From positions 372,001 through 436,000 of the forward strand of contig CDPCPM010000571.1 of NCBI GenBank assembly GCA_976551045.1: a stretch of 64,000 nt of DNA, in the 5' to 3' direction. The notes below the pieces were generated by a model that saw nothing but the letters and a program-made list of their open reading frames with translations, searched no databases and was not told the origin of the DNA. Positions 51,411 through 63,399 of this stretch are shown here, in pieces (within the stretch, counting starts at the first letter, position 1; each line of letters opens with the position of its first letter). The DNA comes from Glaucostegus cemiculus (lineage: Eukaryota). The translations under genes were made by a program, and so were the position numbers.

Positions 51411-53019
51411 TCTTTCTGTGCTGTAACTTCTCTGACTGTGACATATTGAGATCATGTTCTTGACCCCATAATTGATCACCAATCCAATGGAACAAAGCTA
51501 CCCTCTCTCAGAGAAGGTCTGGACTTTACACGAGGGGCAGGATTCAAGAGCTGTCACATTTAAAATCAAACCAAAGAGAGAAAATCCTCAGTTCAGTCAA
51601 AGGAAAAAAAAATTGTAAATGGCAGAAAGTATAGCTCAGTTCTCTGTTGAGGATATAGTGCCATAATAAATCTCCTATACTCCCAGCTGCAGACTAATCC
51701 TGGTTAAACAAGATACCACAGAAAGAATAAAATCTATTCATTTCATTCAGCCTTTCCACCACCCCCTCCTCCCCCTTTTCATAGCCCAACATTTCATTTT
51801 CCAACCTTCCTATGAGAAATTTTTGGGTTACTAAGTAATAATTAGTTGGCTACCACAGGGACCACTGCCTGAGACTCAACTATATACAGCCTATATTACT
51901 CTCTTAAATAAAGGGACTGAGTGTATTGTGGTCAAACTTGCTAACAGTGCAAAGATGAATGGGAAAGCACATTGCGAGGAGTAACTTAAGAAACAGCAAA
52001 AGACCATTCAGCTCCTTGTGCATGATTCAATAAGACCATGGCTGATCTTTTACCTCGGTGCCATTTTCCTGTACTAAGCCCTTATCCTTGATTATGTTAA
52101 TATCAAAAACACCATCAATAGTTCAACACAAAAGCCAGATACAAGCCAGACATAAACCACAGATTCATTACAGCGTCTAAATCAATAACTCGAAGAATCC
52201 AAACCTCCCAGAAACAAGGAGGTGGAGGCAAACAAAAATAATCTTAAGAGGGATCAGAGCATTGGAAGAATATGAATGGTGGGATGCCACTACTGATAGA
52301 ACTACACCTGTAGGGCAGGTTATTTCACATGGAGTTGGAGATCACACAGACTGTAATTTGATTGAGGTCACTGCATTGTGTTGCATCAGTAGATCGATAC
52401 TGGCTAAAATCATACGCCAGAAAAAAAACCCAAAAATTCCATTCCAAGGGATCACTTAAAGGTGGAATTAAAATGAAAAGTAGGCATGAGGAAGATGCAA
52501 GCTACGCAAGGCTGCTTTCGTGAAATCTTTGGCATTAGGTGGTTGGGCTAGTGAAGAGTTAATAGAAAATTAGCATGGAAAATTAGCAGAGATGGAGGAA
52601 AGATAACCCAGTCACAGACACAAAAGCAATAAGATGCACTGGTGTAATAAAAAACAAGGTTAGTTTGGTCGTAAGTAAGAAAGATGTCCCAAAACTCTGG
52701 TGGAGCGTACTGGTTACAGGTAACTAACAAACAGAACCACAGTAATTTCTTGTCACACAGACATACTGTCTGGGGAACTATAATGTCTGATAAACTATTC
52801 TAAAGGTGGAGAAAATGATGCAGGAACTAACACAGGCAGCCAGGATACGATACACAGGATGGCTACAAAACTGGATAATGGGGTTTAGTTGTCAACGTGT
52901 GGTTTATTCAGCAAAAATTGGTGGTTTCTGATCTGGGGTAAAAAAAGAATAGCATAATGGGTGATTTTGTGTGAGACAGTGAAAATGGGAAAGGGAAAAA
53001 AATGGGGAAAGGGTGGGCA

Positions 53020-53910
53020 AGTAGTGGAGGCTGGCTATCCACCCTTTCCCACTCCCACCAATCCACTCAGGTTCTCTATTCATCCATTTTATCCCTCTGC
53101 ACCCCCCTCCCCACTATTGTCAAGTCTAGTTACCCTTCCCTGCCTCGTTCCATCTAACCATCACCTGTATACCTATCTACCTGGGTATTTTTCCTCCCTT
53201 AGTTCACATATCCTATCCCCTCTCCCACCTGTCCATCATCCCTCCCTTATCTGATATCACCTATCACCTTCTGTTCACCCCTCCCTCTCACCTCTTTACA
53301 ATGGCGACCTTCCCTCCACACATCACAATTCTGATGCAGGATCTCAATCCGAAATAACAATCATCCCTTTACCTCCACAGATGCTGCTTGACCTGCTAAG
53401 TTCTTCTAGTAGCTTTTTTTTTTGCTGGTAGAGACTGGTTGGTCAGTCAGTCAAGAGAGGAAGGCTAGCTGGTTGGCTGGGGAAGGGAGGCAGGGAGGGT
53501 GGAACAGATGGATGGAGCAGCCAGTGGGTAAGGACGAGGGAGGGAGGCAGGCCCGGGCCAGCAAGACAGGGACAAAGCACAGGTGGGCAAAGAAGAGAGA
53601 GATGGAGATAGGCAGGTGGAGGAGCAGTGGGAGGGTGAGAGGGGGAATAATGAGAGGACGGTGGGACAAGTGGCAGGGCAAGGACAAAAAGTGCAAGTGG
53701 TTAATGCACAAAAGGGTCTGAGAGAGAGCACATCTTGTAACTTATGCAAGATTCTGCCTCCTGATGAATAAAATCCATCCTTGAACCAACAATTTGACTG
53801 TTGACCTGAAATGCTGACTGTTTCTCTTTCCACCAGAGCTGGCTGACCTGCTGGGCATTTTCTGTTTTTATTTCAGATTTCAAGTATCTGAAATGTTTTG
53901 ATTTTCAGTT
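53020..53910. mobile_element. Penelope-like terminal fragments
   Basis: C-rich and G-rich tracts with terminal motifs at ~53331-53410 and ~53800-53890. Confidence 0.6.
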
Positions 53911-54450
53911 CGACTTTTATTTATTCATTCAAGGGATGTGGGCTTCGCAGGCTAAGCCAGAATTTAATTGCCCATCCCTAGCTGCCCTTGGGGAGATGGT
54001 CATGAACTGTTTTCTTGAACTGCTGTAGTATATAGGTGTGATTATACCGACAATGTTGTTAGTGAGGGAGTTCCAGGATTTTGACCCAGCTACAGTGAAG
54101 GAACAATGACATATTTCCAAGACAGGACAGCCTGTGGTTTGGAGGGCAATTTCCATGTGATGGCATTCCCCGTGCTTTTGCTGCCTTTGTCCTAGCTGGT
54201 AGAGGTGGTGGGTTTGGAAGTTGCTGTCTGAGGAGTCTTGGTGAATTGCTGCAGTGCCTCCTGTCGATGGTACAAACTGTTGCTACTGTGCATTGGTGGT
54301 GGAGTGAGTGAATAACTGTGGATGGGGTGCCTATCGAGTGGGTTGCTATGTCCTGCATTGTGCCGAGCTTCTTGAGCATTATTGAAGCTGCACGCATCCT
54401 GGCAAGTGGGGAGTATTCCATCGCACTCCTGACTCAAGCCTTGACGACGG
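53910..54450 (-). mobile_element. CR1/L2-superfamily LINE 3' end (second family)
   Basis: MEYSPLA.M.AA...LKKL.T.QD.A...IG. Confidence 0.75.
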
Positions 54451-54499
54451 TGAGAAACTGAGTCACTATCACAGACGGACTGGCCAGTTCTGATGCAGC

Positions 54500-55110
54500 T
54501 GGATAAAGCACCTTGCCTGAACTTGCAGAATTCAATATTGAGCTTAGAAGCCTGCAACATACCCAGATGGAAGACAAGGTACTGTTTCTCAAGCTTGTGT
54601 TGGGAATTATTGTAATAGTTCAGAAGGCCACAGAGTGGGAGTGTGATGGAGAATTAAAGTGGCAGGGAACGGGAGGCTCAGTGGTGTCTCCGCCAGCTGA
54701 ATGCAGGTGGACTGTATAGCGGTCACCCAGTATGTGCTTGGTTTCTCCATGTTAGAGTTGTGAATAATATATGCATTACACCAGTTTAGAGAAAGTGCAA
54801 GTGAATCTCTACTTCACCTGGAAGGCCTGTCTGGATCTCTGGATGGTGAGAAGGGAAGAGATAAAAAGGCAACTGCTCTACTGTGGAATGTACAGTTAGA
54901 GAGGGAGTGTTTGGTGGACCAGGAAGTTGCAAAGGAAGTAGTCCCTTTGAAAGGTTAAAAGGGGAGGGGAGGGAAAGATGTGTCTGGGGGTGGAATCACA
55001 TTGAAGTTGGCAGTATTACAAAGGATGATCTGTTCAATGCAAAGGTCAGCGGGTGGAAGATGAGGGCCAGGGAAACTCTAACCTTGCTATGTCCAGAAGG
55101 AGAGGAGTTG
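54500..55110 (-). mobile_element. Penelope-like GIY-YIG fragment
   Basis: Homologous to ~1240-1590 and 61820-62320. Confidence 0.65.
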
Positions 55111-55174
55111 ATGCAACCACCAGCACTGTGTACTAACAATCACCTTCAATATATCAGCATAACCTTTGCTTGAT

Positions 55175-55820
55175 TGAGTTGGTAGTAAAGGTGGCAAATG
55201 CAATGTTAGCATTATTTCAAGGGGACTAGAATATAAAAGCAAGGATATAATGCTGAGGCTTTATAAGGCATAGGTCAACATTTGGAATATTGTGAGCAAA
55301 TTTGGGCAAGGATAAGCAAGGAAGGATGTGCTGGCCCTGGAGAGGGTCCAGAGGAGGTTCATATGAATGATCCTAGGAATGAACAGTTTAACATATGATG
55401 AGCACTTGCTGTCTCTGGGCCTGTACTCAATGAAGTTCAGAAGGATGGAGGGAGATCTCATTGAAATCTACCAGATACCAAAAGACCCGGATAGAGTGGA
55501 TGTGGAGAGGATGCTTCCGTTAGTGAGAGTGTCTTGGATCCGAGGGCACAGCCTCAGTAAGGGAACATCCCTTTAAAGCTAAGAGGAGGAGGAATTTCTT
55601 CAGCCAGAGGGTGGTGAATTTGTGGAATTCACTGCCACAGAGAGATGTGGAAGCCAAGTCATTGGGTGTATTTAAGGCAGAGATTGTTAGATTCTTGATT
55701 GGTGAGGGGGTTAGTTATGAGAAGGAAGAAGAATGGGATTTTTTAAAATTCAGCCACGACTGAATGACAGAGCAAACTCAATGGGCCGAATGGCCTGATT
55801 CTGCTCCTTTATCTTATGGA
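55175..55820 (+). mobile_element. CR1 3' fragment
   Basis: LERVQRRF..MI.GM..LTYDE.L..LGLYS..FRRM.GDLIE. Confidence 0.85.
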
Positions 55821-55829
55821 GGAAAAGGA

Positions 55830-56430
55830 TATTTGAAGATCAAAACCTCATATCTGACATTGTCATGCATCTGAGACCTGGACCAACTATAGCAGTCACA
55901 TTGAAAAAATATCATCAATATTGTCTCTGCAAAATTCTCCAAATTCACTGGAAGGATGAGCATATTTACATCAGCCTCCTCTCCCAGGCCAACGTCCCCA
56001 GCACCAAGGCCCTAGTTACATTCAGCCGGCTATAGTGGACAGACCATATCATTCACAACCTGAAATTAGACTCCTGAAACAGACACTCCATTCTTTGCTC
56101 TGTTGTGGGAGGGGATTACCAGGTGAACGAAGGAAATAAGTGAAGTATTTGATCAAAGCTTCTTTGTGAATGATATGGTCTGCCCATCATGACTGCTCAA
56201 AGGGGGGGGGGGGGGGGGGGAGGTTGGTGGTGGTGGGGGGGATGGTACAGAGAATCTCAAGGCCGTGCAAAGGGAACTCAAAGAAACTTGCATGTGCATG
56301 TTAAAAAAAAACTACACACCATCTCCTACCCCATCTGTGAAAGAGTCTGCAGTTTCACATTGAGCTCAACAGCCACTTTAGAACCCACAAAACTGGAGTA
56401 TAAGCAAGCCAGAGACTATCTAAGGAGATG
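55830..56430 (+). mobile_element. RTE-clade LINE 3' fragment
   Basis: Remnant ASETWT.Y..H..KYHQ.CL.KIL.IHW...SQANVPS typical of RTE/Bov-B C-termini. Confidence 0.6.
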
Positions 56431-56929
56431 AAGATACCAGCAGATACAGCGATAGGCTTGTACAACAGTAGCTTACTTTCAATACTCAGCAGAAAGTCCC
56501 AGTGTTACATCATGGCCCATCAATACTATATAACAGAGTTCTACCACAAAAGTGTATGATCACGTACAGCTCCCTATTCCAGATGGTACTAAATCCCAAA
56601 ATTGTCCAGTGAGAGACCTCTGCCATCATTGACCTAACTCAGTAATATGCAGTTTAATCCTATACTGACCAATATTACGCCTGTTTTATGCAGCGATTGA
56701 TCTGTACCCACCAGTAAAGTAGCTTAGCATTAAACAATGATAGTTCTGTACCCAGTGCTGTACACAGGCAATTCTGCGTTTGCCAGTCTGGAGCTCGGCA
56801 TGGTATAATGAAAGATATGTTCACACCACAAGTGTACCCAGTATTATGCAATGACAGTCCCTTCCCTGCTGGTACAGTACTCCATTGCTACACAGTGAGA
56901 GACACAAACCACCAGCAATGTACTCCACT

Positions 56930-57950
56930 GCATTCACCTCCACACTAACCGTCAGCACAGGCGTACTTCAGGGTTCCGTGTTTAGCCCCTGCTCTACTCT
57001 TTCTATAGCCATGACTGTGGGGCTAAGCATACCTACAGCGCCATCTACAAACTCACCAATGACACTACTGTTGTTGGCAGAAGCACAGATAGCAATGTGG
57101 CAGCGTACGGGAGTGAGATAGGTCAGTTGGTTGGGTGGTGTTGTAACAACAACCTTGCACTAAATGTCAGCAAAACCAAGGAAATGATTGTGGACTTTAG
57201 AAAGGGGAAGTCAGACGAACATGCACCAGTCCTCATTGAAAGGTCTACAGTGGAAAGGTGAGCAGCTTAGAGTTCGTAGGTGTCAACATCTCGGAGCATC
57301 TATTCTGGGCCCAGCACATAGATGCAACCATGAGGAAGGTGCACCAGCATCTCTACTTTCTTAGAAGTTTAAGGAGGTTTGGCATGTCATCAAAGACTCT
57401 GACAAACTTCTATAGAATGTACAGAGGAAAGCATTTTGACTGGTTGCATCAAGGCCTCATATAGAAACTTAATGCACAGGAATGCAAGAAGCTACAGAGA
57501 GTGGTGGACTCGGCCAGTTCCATCATGGGTACAGCTCTCTCCACCATTGAGGACATTTACAAGAGGCGACGTCTCAGGATGGTGACATCCATCATCAGGG
57601 ACTCCCACTGTCTGAGCTGTGCCCTCTTCTCAATGCTGCCATTAGGCAGGAGGTACAGGAGCATGAAGACCCACACCTCAAGGTTCAACAACAGCTGCTC
57701 CCCCACTGCTGACAGGTTCCTGAAAAAACCCTAACACTACTTCAGATTACATTTTTTTCCCTCTTTCTCAACTTGCACTAATGTAGTTATGGTTTTTTTG
57801 TCATGCAAGTTTATGTATAATTTATGCTAATTTAGTTTTATGCTAATTTATGTTAGTCTTGTATGCAATGAACTGTACTGTACTACTGCTGCAAAAAGCT
57901 AATTTTCATGGCATTTATATATAATTGCCTAGGAAAATAAACTTGAACTT
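56930..57950 (+). mobile_element. Rex1/Babar 3' fragment
   Basis: STGVLQG, LYFLRSLRRFGMS and LPLGRRYRS remnants; tail aataaacttgaactt. Confidence 0.85.
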
Positions 57951-58719
57951 GGTTATCTACAGGGCATGCATTTAAGGCGAGAGAAGGCAAGTTCAAAGGA
58001 GATGTGTGGGACAAATTTTCTCATCTTAAAAACTGTGTTTATGTTTTTCTTGTGAATGCTGCTTATCTGATGCTGTGTGCCTGTGACGCTGCTACAAGTA
58101 AGTTCTTCATTGCACCCCTGCACACATGTACTTGTGCATGTGACAATAAACTCGACTTTAACAGGTGCCTGGAATATGCTGCCAAGTGTATTAGTGGAGG
58201 CAAATACTATAAAGGATCTTAGATAGGCATGTGAATGTAAAGAAAAATGGAGAGAAGTGGACATTGTGTATGCAGGAGAGATTAGTTTAGTTAGGCATTT
58301 AATTACTAGTTTAATTAGTTCAGCACAACATCATGGTCCAAAAGGGCCTGTTCCTGTGCCACACTGTTCAATGTTCTACAGTGATTGATCAAATGTCCCA
58401 AAATGATATTCCCCTCTATTACCCAACAAGATATCCACCAGTACCATCTTCACAGTGACTGACCAACACCTGTAAGCATCATATCTATCACGATGAAATG
58501 GTATGAGTTTTGTACTCCAATGTTACAGTGATCAATTTCCATCCATCTGTATAGTACCCTCATTTTATACACTGACACACCTGTATCCAAATTTCATAAA
58601 CTATACTCAAGTCCACTGGTACTGTATCTCAGCACTACACTATTACAGAACTGCATCTACCAATAGTACAGCCATGCTCTAGAGTGACGATCAGTACTTG
58701 CTGGTATAAAATAACACAC

Positions 58720-60140
58720 TATTATCAGAATAAGGATCAGGTTATCTCTGACGTGTCATAAAATTTACTGTTTTGCAGCAGTACAGTGCAAGACAAAAGT
58801 TACTGAAAGTTTCAAAAATAAATAGTGCAAAAGAGGAATAACGAGGTAGTGTTCATGGACTGTTCAGAAATCTGATGGCGGAGGGGGAAGAAGCTGTTCC
58901 TAAAACATTGGGTGTGGGCCTTCAGACTCCTGTACCTCTTCCCCGATCATAGTAATGCAAAGAGGGTCCTTAATGATGGTTGCTACCTTCTTGAGCCATA
59001 GCCTCTTGAAGATGTCCTCACTGGTGGGGTGGGTTGTGTCCATGATGGAGCTGGCTGAGTCCACAATCCTCTGCAGCCTCTTTCGATCCTGCGCATTGGA
59101 GCCTCCATATCAGGCGGTGATGCAATCAGTCAGAATGCTCTCCACCGTACAGCTGTAGAAATTTGCAAGGGTCTTTGGTGACATACTGAATCTCCTCGAA
59201 CTCCTAATGAAGTAGGGCCATTGGCGTGCGTTCTTCATGATTGTATCAATGTGTTGGGCCCAGGATAGATCCTCCGAGATGTTGACACGCAAGAACTTGA
59301 AGCTGCTCACGTTTTCCACCGCTGACCCCTCAATGAGGACTGGTGTGTTCTCTCCCGACTTCCCTTTCCTGAAGTCCACAATCAATTCCTTGGTCTTGCT
59401 GACATTGAGTGTGAGGTTGTCGTTGTGACACCACTGAAGCAGCTGATCTATCTCACTCCTGTATGCCTTCTCATCATCATCTGCGATCCTGCCAACAACA
59501 GTGGTCTCATAGGCAAATTTATTGATGGTGTTTGAGCTGTGCCTAGCCACACAGTCATAAGTGTAGAGAGAGTAGATCAGTGAGCTAAGCACGCATCCTT
59601 GAGGTGCACCTGTGTCGATTGTCAGTGAGGAGGAGATGTTATTACCGATCCGCACTGACTGTGGTCTCCTGATAAGGAAGTTGAGGATCCAGTTGCAGAG
59701 GGAAGTACAGAGGCCCACGTTTTGAAGCTTGTTGATTAGTACTGAGGGGATGATGGTGTCGAATGCTGAGCTGTAATCAATAAACAGCAGCCAGACGTAT
59801 GTTTTGATGTTGTCTATGTGCTCCAGAGCCAAGTGGAGAGTCAGTGAGATTGCATTCGCTGTAGATCTGTTGTGGCGGTAGGCGACCTGCAGCCGGTCCA
59901 GGTCCCTGCTCAGGCAGGAGTTAATTCCAGCCATGACCAACCTCTCAAAGCCCTTCATCACAGTAAGTGAGAGCGCTACTGGGCGACAGTCATTGAGGCA
60001 GCTCGCCCTGCTCTTGGGCACCAGTGTGATTGATGTCCTTTTGAAGCAGGTGGGGACCTCAGACCACAGCACTGAGGTTGAAGATGTCCTTGAACACTAC
60101 AGCCAGTTGGTCAGCACCGGTTTTCAGTACCCTGCCAGGT
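58720..60140 (-). mobile_element. Rex1/Babar fragment with a 320-aa RT ORF
   Basis: [29 protein letters not shown]; catalytic FADD mutated to FAYE. Confidence 0.9.
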
Positions 60141-61419
60141 ATGCTTAAGGTTGCTCAATATCCAAAAATAAAAGCAAAAAATGCTAGAAATACTAAGGAG
60201 ATACAGCAGCTCTGTGCAGATAGAGATGAGGTTGATGATTTGTCATCGGAACAGAATATAACAGGTTCTATTCAGGTAAACAAGAAAAGAAAATGTCTAC
60301 ATTAAAAGTAGGAGGCAAAAGAGATTAGATACTAAAAAGGGACTGGGTCTTACAACAAAGGGGCATGGTAAAGGAACAAATGATGGGTTGAAGGGAAGTA
60401 CAAATGGTAACATATTTCAGAACCAACAGGTGCTGATAGTTGTCATAACCAACAGCTGGTTTACACAAGTTGTTGAATTCAATGGGACAGTGTAGGAAAG
60501 GAGGTGGTAAAGGGGTGGGTGTCACATCTCCTGGGACTTAACAGGTATGTGTCACCGGAATGGGAGGGATGATTTAAGAGTGGACCAGGATATTGCAGAG
60601 AGGATTGCCCCTTGTGAATGGTGAAGGGATGTGTTTGGTAAATGGTATCGTAGTGGAGGAGGCGTAAATGGTGGAGTAAGAGGCAATAACGAGGGAAATC
60701 CATGGGGGCTCTGTTGAACACTGCTGAGGAAACACATTGGAAATGACCCATCAGAAATGGTGTGGCAGAGATGTTAAAACTGGGAAAATGGAATGGATTC
60801 CTTACAGGAAGTGGGGTCTCAGGAAATATAGGCTGTGTGGCAATTATTGGGCTTTGGAGAATATTGGTGAACACAGCATTTCCAGAAGTGAAGATCAAGG
60901 AAGAAATGGACAAAGTCGAGAGATTTACCTTGTGAAGTCAGGAGAATAGTTGGAAAGCTTTCCCAGTTTAGGGCGAGAGCAGAAAATGATATGCAAATAT
61001 TATACAATGCTTCCACCTTTACTGTACTGTGATATTACACTGCAACAAGCCTGTATCAGCTGATAACATTTTAAAGTGCACCTGTACCTACCAATAATAC
61101 ACTATTGTGTTATTAAGCACTAGAGGACACTACTGCATACAAATATCTTGTTAGCAAAATACATCCATATCCCCCACACTATTCACTAGTGTTATACCAC
61201 ACCAGTAAATATATGGAGTGATATACATATTGGCAGACCAGTATCATTACATTATTATACAATGACAAACCCAGATCATCAAGTACTATACACAAGGCTT
61301 ATGCAATGATAGATGCGAACCCTCCATGACAATGTTGGCACAACACTGTGGGCCAAAGGGCCTGTACTGTACTGTACTGTGCTGCAATGTTCTATGCTCT
61401 AATACTAAAGTGGTATTCT

Positions 61420-62320
61420 ACAATAAAAACAAAAATGCTTGAAATACTCAGGATGTCAGGTGGCATCTGTGGGAAGAGAAACACAGCAAATATTTCAAGT
61501 CAAAGACCCAGAAAACAGGAAAACAAAGCTCGTTAAGCTGCAGGGGGAGGGGGCAGAGGAGGAGGAATGTCTCTGAAGAGGTAACACTGGTGGGGTGACC
61601 ATGGGGACAAACTGTAAACAAAGTTACCTTGTCAGTAAGTGAATGGGAGCAGTTAAAGAGTGAGAACTTACACAGGACAATGTCGGAATTGCAAAACACA
61701 GAGCAGGAAGACATCCCCAGCAGGTCAGGCTAGGCCCATCCTTCAGTCACAGAGACAGAAAAAAATAAAAAACAAAAAAGCCGAGCCAGTGTCACAGATG
61801 GATTAAGTGATACAGACATACAAGTTATCTGAAGTTGTAGAATTCAACATCAAGTCCAGAAGGCGGCAATGTCCCCCGGACAGATGAGGTATTGTTCCTC
61901 AAGCTTGCATTGGGGCTTATTATAATGGTGCAGGAGGCCACAGACCAACAGGTCAGAGTGGAAGTGTGACAGAGAATTAAAGCGGCCGACAAGAGAAAGT
62001 TCAGGGTCGTCCCTGTGGACTAATGCAAGTGCTCCACAAAGTTATCACCCAGTCTGCGGTTAGTTTGGAGACTACGTTGTGAACATGGAGCGCAGCACAC
62101 TAGGATGCAAGTGAATCACTACATCCCCTAGAAAGACTGTCTGGGTTCCTGGATAGTGGGAAGTCATAACGGGAACAGTCCCTGCCAAATACTGAAAGGG
62201 GAGGAGAGGGGATAATGTTCCTGGTGGTGGAATCTCTTTGAAGGTGGTGGAAATTATCGTGAATGATCTGTTGAACGTGGACACCGCTGGGGTGGAAGGG
62301 AGGTCCAGGGGTATGCAACA
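61420..62320 (-). mobile_element. Penelope-like terminal and GIY-YIG fragment
   Basis: Terminal motif aaatgcttgaaatactcagg..gtcaggtggcatctgtgg; VQQII..NFHHLQRD.TT..I.PSPP remnant. Confidence 0.7.
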
Positions 62321-63399
62321 CCCTAGGAATATCCTAATATCAATGACTGCATATATCAGACAAGTATCACAAATTCTACATGAGATACAGTAGCAAGTCT
62401 ATACCTGCTAATACTATATTACAGTGCTATAACTTCAGTACATTCTGAAGAAAAATCGTCAACCTAAACCGTCATTTGCATTGCTCCTTCCATTCTGACC
62501 TGCCAGTAGTTCCATTAATTTATTTTTTTCATTTTATCGACAAGCCATACCTATGATGACAGTACCCCCTTTCATATATAGCAATGCATCTGTACCACTA
62601 AATACTGTGACCCAGAATATAATAAACTTTTATAAAAAGTAGTTTACATCACCAAGATATAGCATAACCACTAATGCTATAATCCTATAAAAAGTAAAGG
62701 ACTAGTACCAAGCCCCACTGTCAAAAACAGACATGCACTTTTGATATTTTGACCACTACCCAACAGTACAAGTTATACTGTACAAGTAACTGCAAGATTA
62801 CACAATAACACATCTCCACAAAGATTCTCAATGACATGGTGGCACTACACCCCAATGTTACGGTAACCAACATGCACCTGTCAGTAATGCGCCCCCATTG
62901 TTCTATTGACAGCTCTGCATGGCCAAGTGCAGTCCCCCATTGGTACACAGAGCTGTATCCAGTAGTGCAACACTCCAGGTTTAAAATAAGAGCTCTGTCC
63001 GTTGCCCCAGTGTTTTACTCTGGTCGAGCAGCACCTGCCACTACTGAAGTCCAAAGTTATAAAGCGATAAGAACTGTAACCACCAGTAAAGTATCCCATG
63101 TAATAGTCACAGACATGCATTTCCCCCCCCCGCCCCCCATGATGTAGCCCAGTCTCTCTCTGTCACACACAAACACCTATAATCGCATAGAGTGAAAACC
63201 CTAAAACCCTCCTGCACTGTACCTTGGCACTATAGTGACAGATCTCATGCATCAGCTCTGTGTCAGTGTTACATCGTGGCAAATGCGTGCTGCAGCCCAG
63301 TGTTTGCAGACAGTGACAGACTGTTCCCACCCCCCCCCCCCCAGCTCTGTGCACAGCTTAACCGCCAGCCACACCGGGAAGTAGTGCTGGGTGTCCCAC

